A stretch of 64,000 nt of DNA, taken from positions 17,900 through 81,899 of the IMG/VR virus record IMGVR_UViG_3300032315_000747; one strand, written 5' to 3'. The DNA is from a virus. A model generated the notes under the pieces. The model had not been told where the DNA came from, did no database searches, and was given only the letters and a program-made list of their open reading frames with translations. Below, piece after piece: positions 20,364-30,329 of the stretch (within the stretch, counting starts at the first letter, position 1; each line of letters opens with the position of its first letter). The position numbers and the translations under genes were made by a program.

Positions 20364-20495
20364 ATGACGATTGCATATGTATACGAATGGACTTACCTAT
20401 CTACATGTAAATGGTATGTAGGGTACCGCACTAAAGCCGGCACACATCCGGATGATAGATATTATTCCGGCAAGGAAAACACAAATGATATTTAA
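20364..20495 (+). pseudogene. Truncated GIY-YIG (Seg-like) homing endonuclease remnant
   Basis: MTIAYVYEWTYLSTCKWYVGYRTKAGTHPDDRYYS, stop after 43 aa; YVY...YVG motif; late promoter CTAAATA directly upstream. Confidence 0.55.
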
Positions 20496-22059
20496 TGTCA
20501 TCGTACTGTTAGTTGCCCTGTTTATTTCCGCAATTAGTGCTTTCTATTCCATCACTGGTTTGGCCGTTATCTTTTCGGCAGCAGCAGTGCCAGTGATGGT
20601 TATGGGAAGTGCATTAGAATTAGGTAAAATCACGGCGGTAGTATGGCTTCACAAATACTGGGCAAAAGCTGGATGGGTGTTAAAGGCGTATCTAGTGCTG
20701 GCAGTCGCGTCATTGATGTTGATCACTTCTATGGGGACCTATGGATATTTGGCAAAAGCTCATAGTGACCAGACTCTAGTAAGCGGAGATGCTGCTGCTA
20801 AGATTGATCTAGTTGACGAAAAGATCAAGATTTCGCGCGAAAACATTGCCATGAACCAAAAGGCTCTTGAGCAAATGAACAGTCAGGTTGATCAGTTGTT
20901 GGGTAGAACCGACGATGACAGAGGAGCTAATCGTGCGATTCAGGTTCGTAGGCAACAAGCCACAGAACGCAATCGATTAACACAAGAGATAGAAGCCGAA
21001 CAAGCTGAAATAGCAAAACTTAACGAAGAAGTTGCGCCCATTCGTGCCGAGATTCGTAAAGTTGAGGCTGAAGTAGGTCCCATCAAGTACATCGCCGCAA
21101 TGATATACGGTGATGACCCAGATACTAATTTATTAGAACGCGCGGTACGTTGGGTTATCATTCTTCTCGTACTAGTGTTTGATCCTCTTGCACTTGCTCT
21201 TATGGTAGCTGCACAGAGCAGCTATAAATGGTTAAATGAAGATTTAGCAAAAAAACAAAACGAAGACAAATCTACAGATAGTATAGAAGTTGTGCCATCT
21301 GCTGAACAGCCTAAACCTAAAGTTCGAGAAGATATCGCACCGAAGGAAGAAAAAGCTGAATCAATAGAGCATGACCTCCCGAAAACAACGGAGATAAAAT
21401 TAATACCAGAGCCAGTATTAATGATAAATGATATTTTCCCTTATACAGAGGATGTATACAATGATGCTACTAGACCTATACCAGAGCGCAATGAAGCAAT
21501 ACCTGCTGAATTCAATGAATCAGATAGAGAAGAGCCTGACGAAGCATCTTTGGCCGTCTCAGATAAAGATGTGGAACGATTGGGTGATTCTAAAAACGAA
21601 ACTGAAAAACGACATAAAATAGTAGAACCCAACATCAAGACTGAAGGAGTAACTCTGCGGTCTACCGGCGGAGACTATGTAGAATATGATGGAAAATCTA
21701 TGAGTACAGCCGCACTAAAGACGATGCGTCCTGATTTATTTGTCATTGTCGCGGATGAGGACCAGCCTATCAGCACTAATTTTGGAACGCAGTTTCCTAA
21801 GATTGCACAAAAAGGCGACGTGTTTGTGCGGGTAGACATGTTGCCGAATCGTGTTTATAAATTTGATAGCTATAAATGGATAGAGATTAACAAAGAACAA
21901 TCTGATTCTTATTTGTATGATGATGCTTATATAGGACATCTTATTGCCCAAATCGAACGGGGCGAATACGATGTTGATTTGCTTACCGAAAACGAAAAGG
22001 TACAAATAGAAGAATACATCGAAAAAAATACCCAGACAGTTTCGGTCGTCAAAGAGTAA
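20485..22059 (+). CDS. Membrane protein with 3+1 TM helices and a long coiled coil
   Basis: Hydrophobic N-terminus, heptad region, LVLVFDPLA TM segment, acidic C-terminal domain. Confidence 0.75.
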   Translation: MIFNVIVLLVALFISAISAFYSITGLAVIFSAAAVPVMVMGSALELGKITAVVWLHKYWAKAGWVLKAYLVLAVASLMLITSMGTYGYLAKAHSDQTLVSGDAAAKIDLVDEKIKISRENIAMNQKALEQMNSQVDQLLGRTDDDRGANRAIQVRRQQATERNRLTQEIEAEQAEIAKLNEEVAPIRAEIRKVEAEVGPIKYIAAMIYGDDPDTNLLERAVRWVIILLVLVFDPLALALMVAAQSSYKWLNEDLAKKQNEDKSTDSIEVVPSAEQPKPKVREDIAPKEEKAESIEHDLPKTTEIKLIPEPVLMINDIFPYTEDVYNDATRPIPERNEAIPAEFNESDREEPDEASLAVSDKDVERLGDSKNETEKRHKIVEPNIKTEGVTLRSTGGDYVEYDGKSMSTAALKTMRPDLFVIVADEDQPISTNFGTQFPKIAQKGDVFVRVDMLPNRVYKFDSYKWIEINKEQSDSYLYDDAYIGHLIAQIERGEYDVDLLTENEKVQIEEYIEKNTQTVSVVKE

Positions 22060-22063
22060 AATA

Positions 22064-23275
22064 ATGCCAGATAAACTTCAGTATTGTTCTTTCTGCGGAA
22101 CGCACAAAGACAACGTGACTAAATTGATCGTGGGCGATGACGCGGCTATATGCAGCGATTGCATCGCATTGTGTAACCAACTTGTTGTCAACGAGCAAAC
22201 AGAGGAACCAGTAGCCGCTGAACCTGAAAGCTTTGATGCGTATAGTATTAAGAAACACTTAGATCAACATGTTATTGGGCAAGACTCTGCTAAAGAAGTG
22301 TTGGCAGTCGCTATATCCAATCACTATAAAAGAATCACATATCCAACGTCGGATCTAGAGATTCGAAAAGGAAATGTATTACTTGTCGGTCCCACTGGAT
22401 CCGGCAAGACCTTGATCGCCCGAGCAGTTGCGAAGTACCTAAGTGTTCCTTTCGTGGTTGCGGACGCGACGAGTTTAACCGAATCAGGGTATGTTGGCGA
22501 AGACGTAGAAAGTATGATCAGTATGCTATTGTCTATTGCTAATGGTGATGTTGCATTGGCAGAGAGAGGCATCGTCTTTATCGATGAGATTGACAAGGTG
22601 TCACGTAAAAGTGAAAACGCCTCTGTTACGCGCGATGTTAGTGGAGAAGGTGTTCAGCAAGCACTGCTCAAGATGATCGAAGGGACGGTATGCCGTGTGC
22701 CGGTAACCGGGAAACGCAAGAATCCACAAGGAGATATGATTGAGGTCGATACTAAAAACATTCTCTTTATTGCCGGCGGCGCCTTCACGGGCCTCGATCT
22801 TATAATCAAAAATAGAATTCAGGGCGCCTCGATTGGATTCGTGCCAAATATAAAGACTAGGGACAAGAAAAGCAGTGCTATCACTCCAGATGATCTGATC
22901 AAATTTGGAATGATTCCTGAATTTATCGGCAGGTTCACTACGACTGTTGCATTGAACGAACTTACATTGGCCGAATTGATTTTGGTACTGACCTCAGTAA
23001 AAAACAATTTTATCGAGCAATTCGCGCATCTATTTAAGATAGACGATATTAAATTGTCCTTCACTGACGAAGCTGTATCACAGCTTGCGCAGCGTTGCAT
23101 AGAGCTAAACGTCGGTGCACGGGGTCTTCATACTGAGATAGAGCGAGTATTGATGCCGGCGATGTTCCATGTTAGCAAGCTTAAAGAACACGGGGTCACT
23201 GAATTAATAATCACCGATGAACACATCAAGGATCCTAGTTTAACAGTAGCGAAGTATCTTTCACCTAAAAAATAA
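22064..23275 (+). CDS. clpX: ClpX AAA+ unfoldase
   Basis: CSFC...CSDC Zn domain, [40 protein letters not shown] loop, GARGL. Confidence 0.95.
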   Translation: MPDKLQYCSFCGTHKDNVTKLIVGDDAAICSDCIALCNQLVVNEQTEEPVAAEPESFDAYSIKKHLDQHVIGQDSAKEVLAVAISNHYKRITYPTSDLEIRKGNVLLVGPTGSGKTLIARAVAKYLSVPFVVADATSLTESGYVGEDVESMISMLLSIANGDVALAERGIVFIDEIDKVSRKSENASVTRDVSGEGVQQALLKMIEGTVCRVPVTGKRKNPQGDMIEVDTKNILFIAGGAFTGLDLIIKNRIQGASIGFVPNIKTRDKKSSAITPDDLIKFGMIPEFIGRFTTTVALNELTLAELILVLTSVKNNFIEQFAHLFKIDDIKLSFTDEAVSQLAQRCIELNVGARGLHTEIERVLMPAMFHVSKLKEHGVTELIITDEHIKDPSLTVAKYLSPKK

Positions 23276-23325
23276 TGCAGCGGATAACTTGACCCAAAAT
23301 ATTTTACAACTACTGAAATTTCTTG

Positions 23326-23333
23326 TATAAATA
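23326..23333 (+). promoter_or_regulatory. T4-type late promoter TATAAATA
   Basis: Exact T4 late consensus upstream of hsp20; also present at 23931 (clpS) and 53843. Confidence 0.7.
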
Positions 23334-23391
23334 ACATTGTAGGGTGCTTTAACAGGCTCTATTGTCATTATTTGCTTAAAGGAGAAATAAT

Positions 23392-23862
23392 ATGACTAAT
23401 TCACAACTAACTCTTCGTTCCCTCGACATTCCGTCGATTCATAAATTTGCTGTAGGATTCGATAACGTCTTTGACGAACTTTTACGAATCAATGCACAGA
23501 ATGCACAGCAAGCAAACGGATCAAATTATCCCCCATACAACGTAGTAAAACATGATGACGATCACTTCGCCATCGAACTTGCCGTGGCTGGTTTTAATGA
23601 CGGGGATATCTCTATCACAGTAGAGAAGAATCTTCTAACCATCAAGGGTGAGCAAACACAAAGTCTTGATGAGCTAGAGAAGGAAGTCGAATACCTGCAT
23701 CGCGGTATTTCAGCCCGTAATTTCTCTCGCACATTCACTTTAGCGGAGCATGTCGAAGTAACAGGGGCAGCATCGGAGAACGGCATTCTCAAGATTGATC
23801 TTGAGCGTAAGGTTCCTGAAGAACAGAAGCCTCGCAAGATACCTATTACTTTCAACAAGTAA
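23392..23862 (+). CDS. Small heat shock protein Hsp20 (IbpA-like)
   Basis: VGFD, NYPPYNV, IELAVAGF, YLHRGISAR, NGILKIDL, PRKIPI. Confidence 0.95.
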   Translation: MTNSQLTLRSLDIPSIHKFAVGFDNVFDELLRINAQNAQQANGSNYPPYNVVKHDDDHFAIELAVAGFNDGDISITVEKNLLTIKGEQTQSLDELEKEVEYLHRGISARNFSRTFTLAEHVEVTGAASENGILKIDLERKVPEEQKPRKIPITFNK

Positions 23863-23980
23863 TATTTCAGACACCTGCGGACGACATCTTTATTTAGTCC
23901 AAAGTTGTTGCTTTCTGTAGAAAATAGTAGTATAAATAATAATATGCTTGATGTGCAAGCACATTTAAAGGAAGATAATA

Positions 23981-24289
23981 ATGTCAACGAATGCAGATAC
24001 CCGTAGCAAGATCAAGCCTAATATTGCCTTGAAGGAGCCACCGCTTTTCAGGATCATCTACATCAATGATGAGGTGACTTCGATGGAATTTGTGGTCGGA
24101 TCACTGATAGACTATTTCAATTACAACCCAGATACTGCTAGTCAGATCACGTCTGAAATACATGAAAACGGCAGTGCAATCGTTGCTGTTCTACCTTATG
24201 AGATCGCAGAACAGCGCGGAATTGAAGTTACGCTTGATGCCCGTGCACAAGGATATCCGCTTCAGGTTAAGGTTGAAGCCGACAGCTAG
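23981..24289 (+). CDS. clpS: ClpS N-degron adaptor
   Basis: PPLFRIIYINDEVTSMEFVV, IHENGSA, YEIAE, YPL. Confidence 0.9.
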   Translation: MSTNADTRSKIKPNIALKEPPLFRIIYINDEVTSMEFVVGSLIDYFNYNPDTASQITSEIHENGSAIVAVLPYEIAEQRGIEVTLDARAQGYPLQVKVEADS

Positions 24290-24292
24290 TAC

Positions 24293-24327
24293 TTTGCGGC
24301 TCTGAATCTAAGACTCAGAGCCGCAAA
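24293..24327. terminator. Bidirectional hairpin terminator
   Basis: TTTGCGGCTCTGA...TCAGAGCCGCAAA between convergent genes. Confidence 0.8.
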
Positions 24328-24362
24328 TTCTTATAGCAGTAGAATTTCTCTTTCATACTGAC

Positions 24363-25061
24363 TCAAACAGTCAATGTGATTCTTTTAGCCCAATAGGGAT
24401 TCTTACTTAAATAAGGATTATTAACAAAATTGATATCATTGATATAGGTATCGACTGTTTTGCGGTAAGTACCAAATACCCAATGCGTGACTTTATGTTC
24501 AGTATCGCTACGTAGTACCTCTTTAAAAGGGATTTGTGCATTCTTTTGGTGAGGAGCCTCACCAAAATAAAGTTCTTCCTGCGGTACAGTATTCGATATC
24601 ACTATTATTTTTTTAACATCTAAGTGTTTTTGTAATTTTTCAATCGACTTGTGAAGATAGAACATATCTTCGTCTCTGGCTACCGTTCTTGCTGTTTCGC
24701 TAATCGTCGGTGTGATTCCTGAATCAGCCCATCCATTCGAGCCTAGTACGGCAATGCCATCAATGATAGCTACTTGTTGATGCAACAAACAGACATTAGG
24801 AATACTACTTGCAATAACAATAAGTTCTTTTGTTTTAGTAGAAATATCGACGGCATCAGCATATTCGAGTTGTCCAGGAACATAGAACACGCCTTGGTAA
24901 AATCTACTAAGATGAGATAGTGTTTGTATGATCGTTCGTGTATCAGAGCTAATATTGCCGGCTATGATACAATACAAACTAGTCGCCTTGTTTTCCCAAT
25001 TAAAATGGTCATCGGGCGCAAGATGCAGGTCGCCTATTATGTCAAAGCCAATATCTTGCAT
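24363..25061 (-). CDS. Metallophosphoesterase-like protein (degenerate motifs)
   Basis: IGDLHL, IAGNI, YVPGQLE, HWVFG, NNP follow the calcineurin-like pattern but several metal ligands are lost. Confidence 0.6.
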   Translation of the reverse strand: MQDIGFDIIGDLHLAPDDHFNWENKATSLYCIIAGNISSDTRTIIQTLSHLSRFYQGVFYVPGQLEYADAVDISTKTKELIVIASSIPNVCLLHQQVAIIDGIAVLGSNGWADSGITPTISETARTVARDEDMFYLHKSIEKLQKHLDVKKIIVISNTVPQEELYFGEAPHQKNAQIPFKEVLRSDTEHKVTHWVFGTYRKTVDTYINDINFVNNPYLSKNPYWAKRITLTV

Positions 25062-25071
25062 GAAATGTATT

Positions 25072-25266
25072 TTAGTCAGCTATGTTCAACTTTGGCTTGC
25101 GACCGGTTGTTTTTTTACCTGTTGCTTTCTTAGTTTCTGTTTTTTCTCGTGAAGGTTCTACTTCTTCTGCTAGCGTAGTTTCGTTTGTTTCGATTACAGG
25201 TTCAACTTTTGTGGGAGCAACAGCAGCCGTAAATTTAGTTAGTAGCTTTTTCAAAAATAACATCAT
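25072..25266 (-). CDS. Hypothetical Lys-rich protein
   Basis: AGGAG RBS; late promoter CTAAATA upstream. Confidence 0.6.
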   Translation of the reverse strand: MMLFLKKLLTKFTAAVAPTKVEPVIETNETTLAEEVEPSREKTETKKATGKKTTGRKPKLNIAD

Positions 25267-25329
25267 GAATCTCCTATTGCTGATGTTCTGTTAGTATTTA
25301 TGATTGTGCGATATTTGAATAAATACTTT

Positions 25330-26877
25330 ATGCGTGATCTTCTTGACAAAATTGAAACTCTAGCCGAAAGTACTGGCCTTGCTGGCCGAAAAGCCGGCGC
25401 TGTATTTCGCAATTCAGCCGGCGAAGAAATAATATTTGACAAAATCGAGTTCTTCCCAGAAAAAAGCGGAAGATATACTCCTGAACAATTAGATCATGTG
25501 TTGTTAGATATCAATAGTCAGACTGACCATAACATTCAATGGATGAATACTCGCACTATTAGAATGGGAGGATTTGCTCTCGCTACGTTCACTGGTCCAG
25601 ACGGTCCTGTGTATTTCGGTAGATATCTAGAACAGATCAAGCCAAATTTCACAGACAACTATGTTCCGAATTTAGTAGGAGACTATAAATTAGCTAGCAA
25701 ATCGGCTGAGAAGGCTCAAGCTGGCTTGAGCCCTCAGGATCTATTGACCAATAAGAGTGATTTGACTGCTAACGACATCCTTAAGCAATTGGCCGAGAAA
25801 TTGGGTACCGATAATCCATTATACGACGTTACATACCGATTAGTAGCAGGTGAACCCCTTCCGATGACGTTTAATGCACCTGATAATCTTAGCTTCTCTG
25901 CATTTAGAGATTATTTCTGTGAGATATTGCAACCGATCGCATTGCAGATGGGGCAATACGAAGGTAATGCAGGAGAAGCTGCTGAAATTTTTCTGAATGG
26001 AAATTTTAAAAACACCCTTATCTCGTTTGATACTACTAAGACTGCTGGACTAAGCGATAGCATCATGACCAACGATGAAGGCAAGTCGATCAAGGTCAGT
26101 ACTAAAGGTGGCAAAGGAGCCACTGCAAGTACGACTAATCTAATCAACAGCGTTGACGAATTATCTCAGACTGAAGGGGGCAATAAATTACGTGAAAAAT
26201 ATGCTGATACGATTGAGATCATACGCGAGATAAAGCGTCGAGGTCAGGCGCTCTCGCCTATCTATCTGGGTCTGAAGTTTGACATTATCGATGAAACAGA
26301 TGCTAGGATGATATTATCACTCAAGAATGATAGTCCTTTACCAATGAGTGAATTAGATAATCTCGGGTTATCTGACAATCTGCTAAAGCTAGCACAGACC
26401 AGAAAATCATTGGATAGAGCCAAAGTTAATTTTTACTATCTCTTGCTTGCTGCCGTAGCACATAAAGCAGCAGAGGAAGTCAACGAGAAAACTGATTTCA
26501 GCAAAGCTGCGGCAGACATACTCAATCAAGGGGCGTTGATTCAGGTTTATACTAAAGCTAAAGAGAGCAAAGGTCAATGGACTCTTGACGAATTCAACAC
26601 AGTCTACCCAGGTGATAGTATCAAGGGTGTTTATCTTTCGGCAAGCAAGACATATTACAGTACAGGCATCAAGGGAAACTTTACGTTTAAGATCGACAGC
26701 GGCAAAGGCGTGGCCAAAGATGAACCTATTATAGATGCCGAGATAGGGAGAGAAAAGCGGATTCCCACTTCATCTGAGTTTACTAAAAAGGCAGCCGACA
26801 TCGCTCTTGGTAGAAACAAGCCAAAAGAGAAGCGCATGTCTTCTATGGGAAATGTTGGACGTTCATTACGAAAGTAA
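25330..26877 (+). CDS. Late protein with capsid-targeting-like N-terminus; possible PD-(D/E)XK fold
   Basis: ATAAATA directly before ATG 25330; MRDLLDKIETLAE; GLSDS...IKVSTK. Confidence 0.6.
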   Translation: MRDLLDKIETLAESTGLAGRKAGAVFRNSAGEEIIFDKIEFFPEKSGRYTPEQLDHVLLDINSQTDHNIQWMNTRTIRMGGFALATFTGPDGPVYFGRYLEQIKPNFTDNYVPNLVGDYKLASKSAEKAQAGLSPQDLLTNKSDLTANDILKQLAEKLGTDNPLYDVTYRLVAGEPLPMTFNAPDNLSFSAFRDYFCEILQPIALQMGQYEGNAGEAAEIFLNGNFKNTLISFDTTKTAGLSDSIMTNDEGKSIKVSTKGGKGATASTTNLINSVDELSQTEGGNKLREKYADTIEIIREIKRRGQALSPIYLGLKFDIIDETDARMILSLKNDSPLPMSELDNLGLSDNLLKLAQTRKSLDRAKVNFYYLLLAAVAHKAAEEVNEKTDFSKAAADILNQGALIQVYTKAKESKGQWTLDEFNTVYPGDSIKGVYLSASKTYYSTGIKGNFTFKIDSGKGVAKDEPIIDAEIGREKRIPTSSEFTKKAADIALGRNKPKEKRMSSMGNVGRSLRK

Positions 26878-26962
26878 TAACACTTTTGTTTGTCCCAGAG
26901 TCATTGACATTGTGGTTGCGATATAGTAATATACACTTACATTAACAATGAAGGTAAAAAAA

Positions 26963-27547
26963 ATGTCTAACTTAGTACCAATGGTAATCGAACAGTCCAG
27001 TCGTGGCGAAAGAGTAATGGATATCTACAGTCGATTACTAAAGGACCGGGTGATTCTTCTAGAAGGGGAAGTCAATGATTATATGGCTAATCTCATCGTT
27101 GCACAATTGCTCTATCTTGAGTCGGAAAATCCCGCCGCCGACATCTCACTTTACATCAACAGCCCGGGTGGTTCAGTGACTGCTGGATTAGCGATTCTTG
27201 ATGCTATGCAATTTGTTAAGTCCGACATCTCCACTATCGCAATCGGAAGTGTCTGTTCAATGGGATCACTTCTAGCAAGTTCCGGCACCAAAGGAAAAAG
27301 ATTCATTCTTCCTAGGGCACGCCATATGGTGCATTCTGTGTCCGGTGGTTCTCGTGGCACGGTATGGGACGCCGAAATTCAAATGGAAGAAATGGTCCGA
27401 TTGAATAATCTTCTCACTGAGATTTATGCAACTAATACTGGCAAGACCGTCGAAGAACTTAAGATAGCTATGGCACGTGACAACTATATGGACGCTCAAG
27501 CATCTGTCGAGTTTGGACTAGCGGACAAAGTTCTTATTTCTCGATAA
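26963..27547 (+). CDS. clpP: ClpP protease
   Basis: [23 protein letters not shown] (Ser), MVH (His), RDNYM (Asp). Confidence 0.95.
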   Translation: MSNLVPMVIEQSSRGERVMDIYSRLLKDRVILLEGEVNDYMANLIVAQLLYLESENPAADISLYINSPGGSVTAGLAILDAMQFVKSDISTIAIGSVCSMGSLLASSGTKGKRFILPRARHMVHSVSGGSRGTVWDAEIQMEEMVRLNNLLTEIYATNTGKTVEELKIAMARDNYMDAQASVEFGLADKVLISR

Positions 27548-27675
27548 AAGTGATATACCCATTAGTGTTATTTCGAGAAAAAGAATTAGCTAAAGTCAGC
27601 ATTTCCTGAATTCTAATGGTTACTGATTTAGGAGTAACCTGAACCAAAATAATAATTATTTTGGCAAAAAAAAAG

Positions 27676-27713
27676 TTGACTTCGGCTATCCATTTTGCTA
27701 TATTAAATTATAG
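27676..27713 (+). promoter_or_regulatory. Early promoter repeat
   Basis: TTGACTTCGGCTATCCATTTTGCTATATTAAATTATAG. Confidence 0.75.
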
Positions 27714-27732
27714 ACAGCAAGGAGACATTGAC

Positions 27733-27972
27733 ATGGAAGATATCAGCACTCTTATCGTTGACTTTCAGAATTATGCTAATTCGCTTCGTTCCGGATATCT
27801 TAAGCTTTGGAAGGCTACTGGTATCATTGAGACTCTGTGTGATGGTCGCATTCCTATCATTAATGATGAGGTTCGCCTTCTTTCCTATCTCAAGAACTGC
27901 CTTGAAATGGAAGGCTTCTATAGCACTGATATTGAGCTTATTATGGGTTGGCTTTACGAAAAAATTGCCTAA
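27733..27972 (+). CDS. Hypothetical early protein
   Basis: GGAG RBS before ATG 27733. Confidence 0.6.
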   Translation: MEDISTLIVDFQNYANSLRSGYLKLWKATGIIETLCDGRIPIINDEVRLLSYLKNCLEMEGFYSTDIELIMGWLYEKIA

Positions 27973-27986
27973 TGGTAGTTATTTGG

Positions 27987-28024
27987 TTGACTTCGGCTAT
28001 TCATTTTGATATATTAAATTATAG
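27987..28024 (+). promoter_or_regulatory. Early promoter repeat
   Basis: 36/38 identical to 27676-27713. Confidence 0.75.
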
Positions 28025-28061
28025 GCAATGATCTCTTTCTCTTAGAGAAATAGGAAACACG

Positions 28062-28496
28062 ATGAACTACGAACTGACCGATGAAACCATCCAATACGAT
28101 AGCAAAACGCTTTATCGCATTCGTGCGCTGGTAGATATGCCAATCCACAATGTGAAGGCTGGCGAACTTGGTGGTTTTGTCGAGAAGATCGAGAACCTTC
28201 AAGGGAATGCTTGGGTCTCTGACGATGCTAGGGTCTCTGACGATGCTAGGGTCTCTGACAATGCTAGGGTCTTTGGCTGGGCTTGGGTCTCTGACGATGC
28301 TAGGGTCTTTGGCAATGCTTGGGTCACTGGCGGTGCTTGGGTCACTGGCGGTGCTTGGGTCTTTGGCAATGCTCAGGTCTTTGACAATGCTAATGTCTCT
28401 GGCAATGCTCAGGTCTTTGACAATGCTATGGTCTTTGGCAATGCTAGGGTCTATGGCAGTGCTATGGTCTTTGGCAGTGATATGGTCACAAAATAA
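28062..28496 (+). CDS. Hexapeptide-repeat (left-handed beta-helix-like) protein
   Basis: LYRIRAL...GELGGFVE N-terminus followed by ~15 (D/G)(D/N)AxVx units encoded by 18-bp tandem repeats. Confidence 0.8.
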   Translation: MNYELTDETIQYDSKTLYRIRALVDMPIHNVKAGELGGFVEKIENLQGNAWVSDDARVSDDARVSDNARVFGWAWVSDDARVFGNAWVTGGAWVTGGAWVFGNAQVFDNANVSGNAQVFDNAMVFGNARVYGSAMVFGSDMVTK

Positions 28497-28561
28497 GTAG
28501 TTGCTTTATTCTCATAAAGAGCCTATATTGAATTATAGTATCAATTAAAGGAACTAACGAT

Positions 28562-28885
28562 ATGTCTCTGGATGTTTATCTGACTGCTGTTCGCCCCACA
28601 GAAGTGTACAGCCGTAATATCACGCATAATCTGAACAAGATGGCTATGGAAGCTGATATCTACATGGCTCTGTGGCGTCCCGAAGAAATCGGAGTCACTA
28701 CTGCTAAACAACTGATTCCTCTGCTGGAAACAGGACTGGAAGTCATGCAATCCGACCCCGAAAGGTTCAAGATGTTCAACCCCGAGAATGGTTGGGGTGA
28801 CTACGAGAACCTAGTAAACTTTGTGGAAACTTACCTGCAAGCTTGCAAGGAAAACCCTGATGCTGAAGTTAGGGCGTGTCGTTGA
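28562..28885 (+). CDS. Hypothetical phage protein
   Basis: MSLDVYL...NITHNL...NPENGWGDY; AAGGA RBS. Confidence 0.75.
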   Translation: MSLDVYLTAVRPTEVYSRNITHNLNKMAMEADIYMALWRPEEIGVTTAKQLIPLLETGLEVMQSDPERFKMFNPENGWGDYENLVNFVETYLQACKENPDAEVRACR

Positions 28886-29207
28886 TGTCCCGCATAATTA
28901 AATTTATCATTCGTAACGGTCTGAACGGTGGTTTGGTCGTTTCTATTCTAGCTTTGTTGATGGCGATCTGGTTCTCGGCAAGCACCCAATAAGTTTACCT
29001 TCTTGTTACCGACAGGACCAATCCCGCATGACCTTACTAGAAACCATTCTTACCGTGATGACTATTGCTATTCTTTTTGGCTTCTTTCATTGGGCTGATA
29101 GCCGCGGTCAAGATGAATCTCAGGACAAAGAATAATACTGTTGCCTTAAATAGGCGCGGCGTTGATATTTAACCTCTAAAAGTAATTCGCTCTTAGTTGA
29201 AAAATAG

Positions 29208-29780
29208 GTGACATCAGTTATGTTGAATATAGACCATCAAGCTGAGATGTGGGCGGTTCTTTGTGCTCCACCCGAGCAGTTCAATGAATTGATCGAGCTT
29301 TTCGATAATATGGAATTCAAGAAAAAGTTCAAAAGAACTTCGTTTGCTTGGAATACCATCGATCCAGATGAAGTGGTGCGCAAGTTTCGTATCGCATGTG
29401 TCGAATATGCTATGGTTATGGCGAGAAAAGTACAGCCAACACCTACACCTGATTACTGGCAAACGGTAGAAGATTCCTGTCGACAGGTTATCGATGCCTT
29501 GAATGGTAATGGTGATTTGGTTGCTGCTCGTGCTGCTGCTGATGCTGCTGATGCTGCTGCTGCTTATGCTGCTGATGCTGCTGCTGCTTATGCTGCTGCT
29601 GCTTATGCTGCTGATGCTGCTGCTTATGCTGCTGCTGATGCTGCTGCTGCTGCTCGTGCTGCTTATGCTGCTGCTGCTTATGCTGCTGATGCTGCTGCTG
29701 CTGCTCGTGCTGCTGCCGAAGCTGACCTATCTGAAATCTTTATCAACATTATTTTGTCCGAATATGAAAATAAAGATTGA
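29208..29780 (+). CDS. Ala-rich repeat protein (start uncertain)
   Basis: C-terminal AAYAADAA low-complexity tract. Confidence 0.6.
   Translation: MTSVMLNIDHQAEMWAVLCAPPEQFNELIELFDNMEFKKKFKRTSFAWNTIDPDEVVRKFRIACVEYAMVMARKVQPTPTPDYWQTVEDSCRQVIDALNGNGDLVAARAAADAADAAAAYAADAAAAYAAAAYAADAAAYAAADAAAAARAAYAAAAYAADAAAAARAAAEADLSEIFINIILSEYENKD
29522..29716 (+). repeat. (GCT)n microsatellite-like coding repeat
   Basis: ~65 codons, almost all GCT, interrupted by GAT/TAT/CGT. Confidence 0.9.
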
Positions 29781-29814
29781 CATCAATTACCCGTTTTGCT
29801 ATATTGAGTTATGG
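29777..29814 (+). promoter_or_regulatory. Early promoter repeat
   Basis: TTGACATCAATTACCCGTTTTGCTATATTGAGTTATGG. Confidence 0.7.
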
Positions 29815-30027
29815 AAAAGCTTGAGCAACATCTGATCGCGCGAGGAATGGACCCGTCTTTGTACGGTCCGGCACTCGACGATGAAAACAGAGTAGCCACG
29901 TTCTACTAAACATGTCGAGCATCAATTGGGAATTTTTGATTGTATGGACCGTAATTATTCCTGGTTGTGGCACCATTTGGTACTGGGTAATTAAGACTAT
30001 TTTGTCTGCGTGGTAAAGGAACGGAAC

Positions 30028-30243
30028 ATGTCAAAGAAATATAATAATCGTCACGGTGGTCCCTATGACCGTGGTTCTGCTGATAGCTACTACGGTCGGG
30101 GGCATAACCCTCATTACTATGTTGGGGCTACCCGCGCATCTGACAGGATCGATAGGGAAAATATGACCCCCGAAGAAATCGAAGCTTATACCGCGGGCTA
30201 CGAGGCTAATGAAGAAGCTGGCAATTTTAAAGATTGGAATTAA
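30028..30243 (+). CDS. Hypothetical phage protein
   Basis: RHGGPYDRGSADSYY...EIEAYTAGY. Confidence 0.7.
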   Translation: MSKKYNNRHGGPYDRGSADSYYGRGHNPHYYVGATRASDRIDRENMTPEEIEAYTAGYEANEEAGNFKDWN

Positions 30244-30247
30244 AATT

Positions 30248-30306
30248 GTACCCGAGGTCATTTTTCGGTTGACTTCGGGTACCCATTTTGTTATATTGAA
30301 TCATAG
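30248..30306 (+). promoter_or_regulatory. Early promoter within a stem-loop (PeSL-like)
   Basis: GTACCCGAGGTCA / TGACTTCGGGTAC inverted repeat overlapping TTGAC...TGTTATATTGAATCATAG. Confidence 0.7.
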
Positions 30307-30329
30307 AGATTGAGCAAAGGAACTATCAA

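Noticed and set aside
28168-28500. 110-aa (MLGSLT)n ORF
   Set aside because: Alternative frame of the 18-bp repeat in the hexapeptide gene; no RBS.
28207-29716. Repeats as a possible CRISPR array or DGR template
   Set aside because: The units are tandem and in frame with no unique spacers; no cas or reverse transcriptase gene is in the window.
29503-29835. Poly-Leu/Met ORF
   Set aside because: Shadow frame of the (GCT)n tract.
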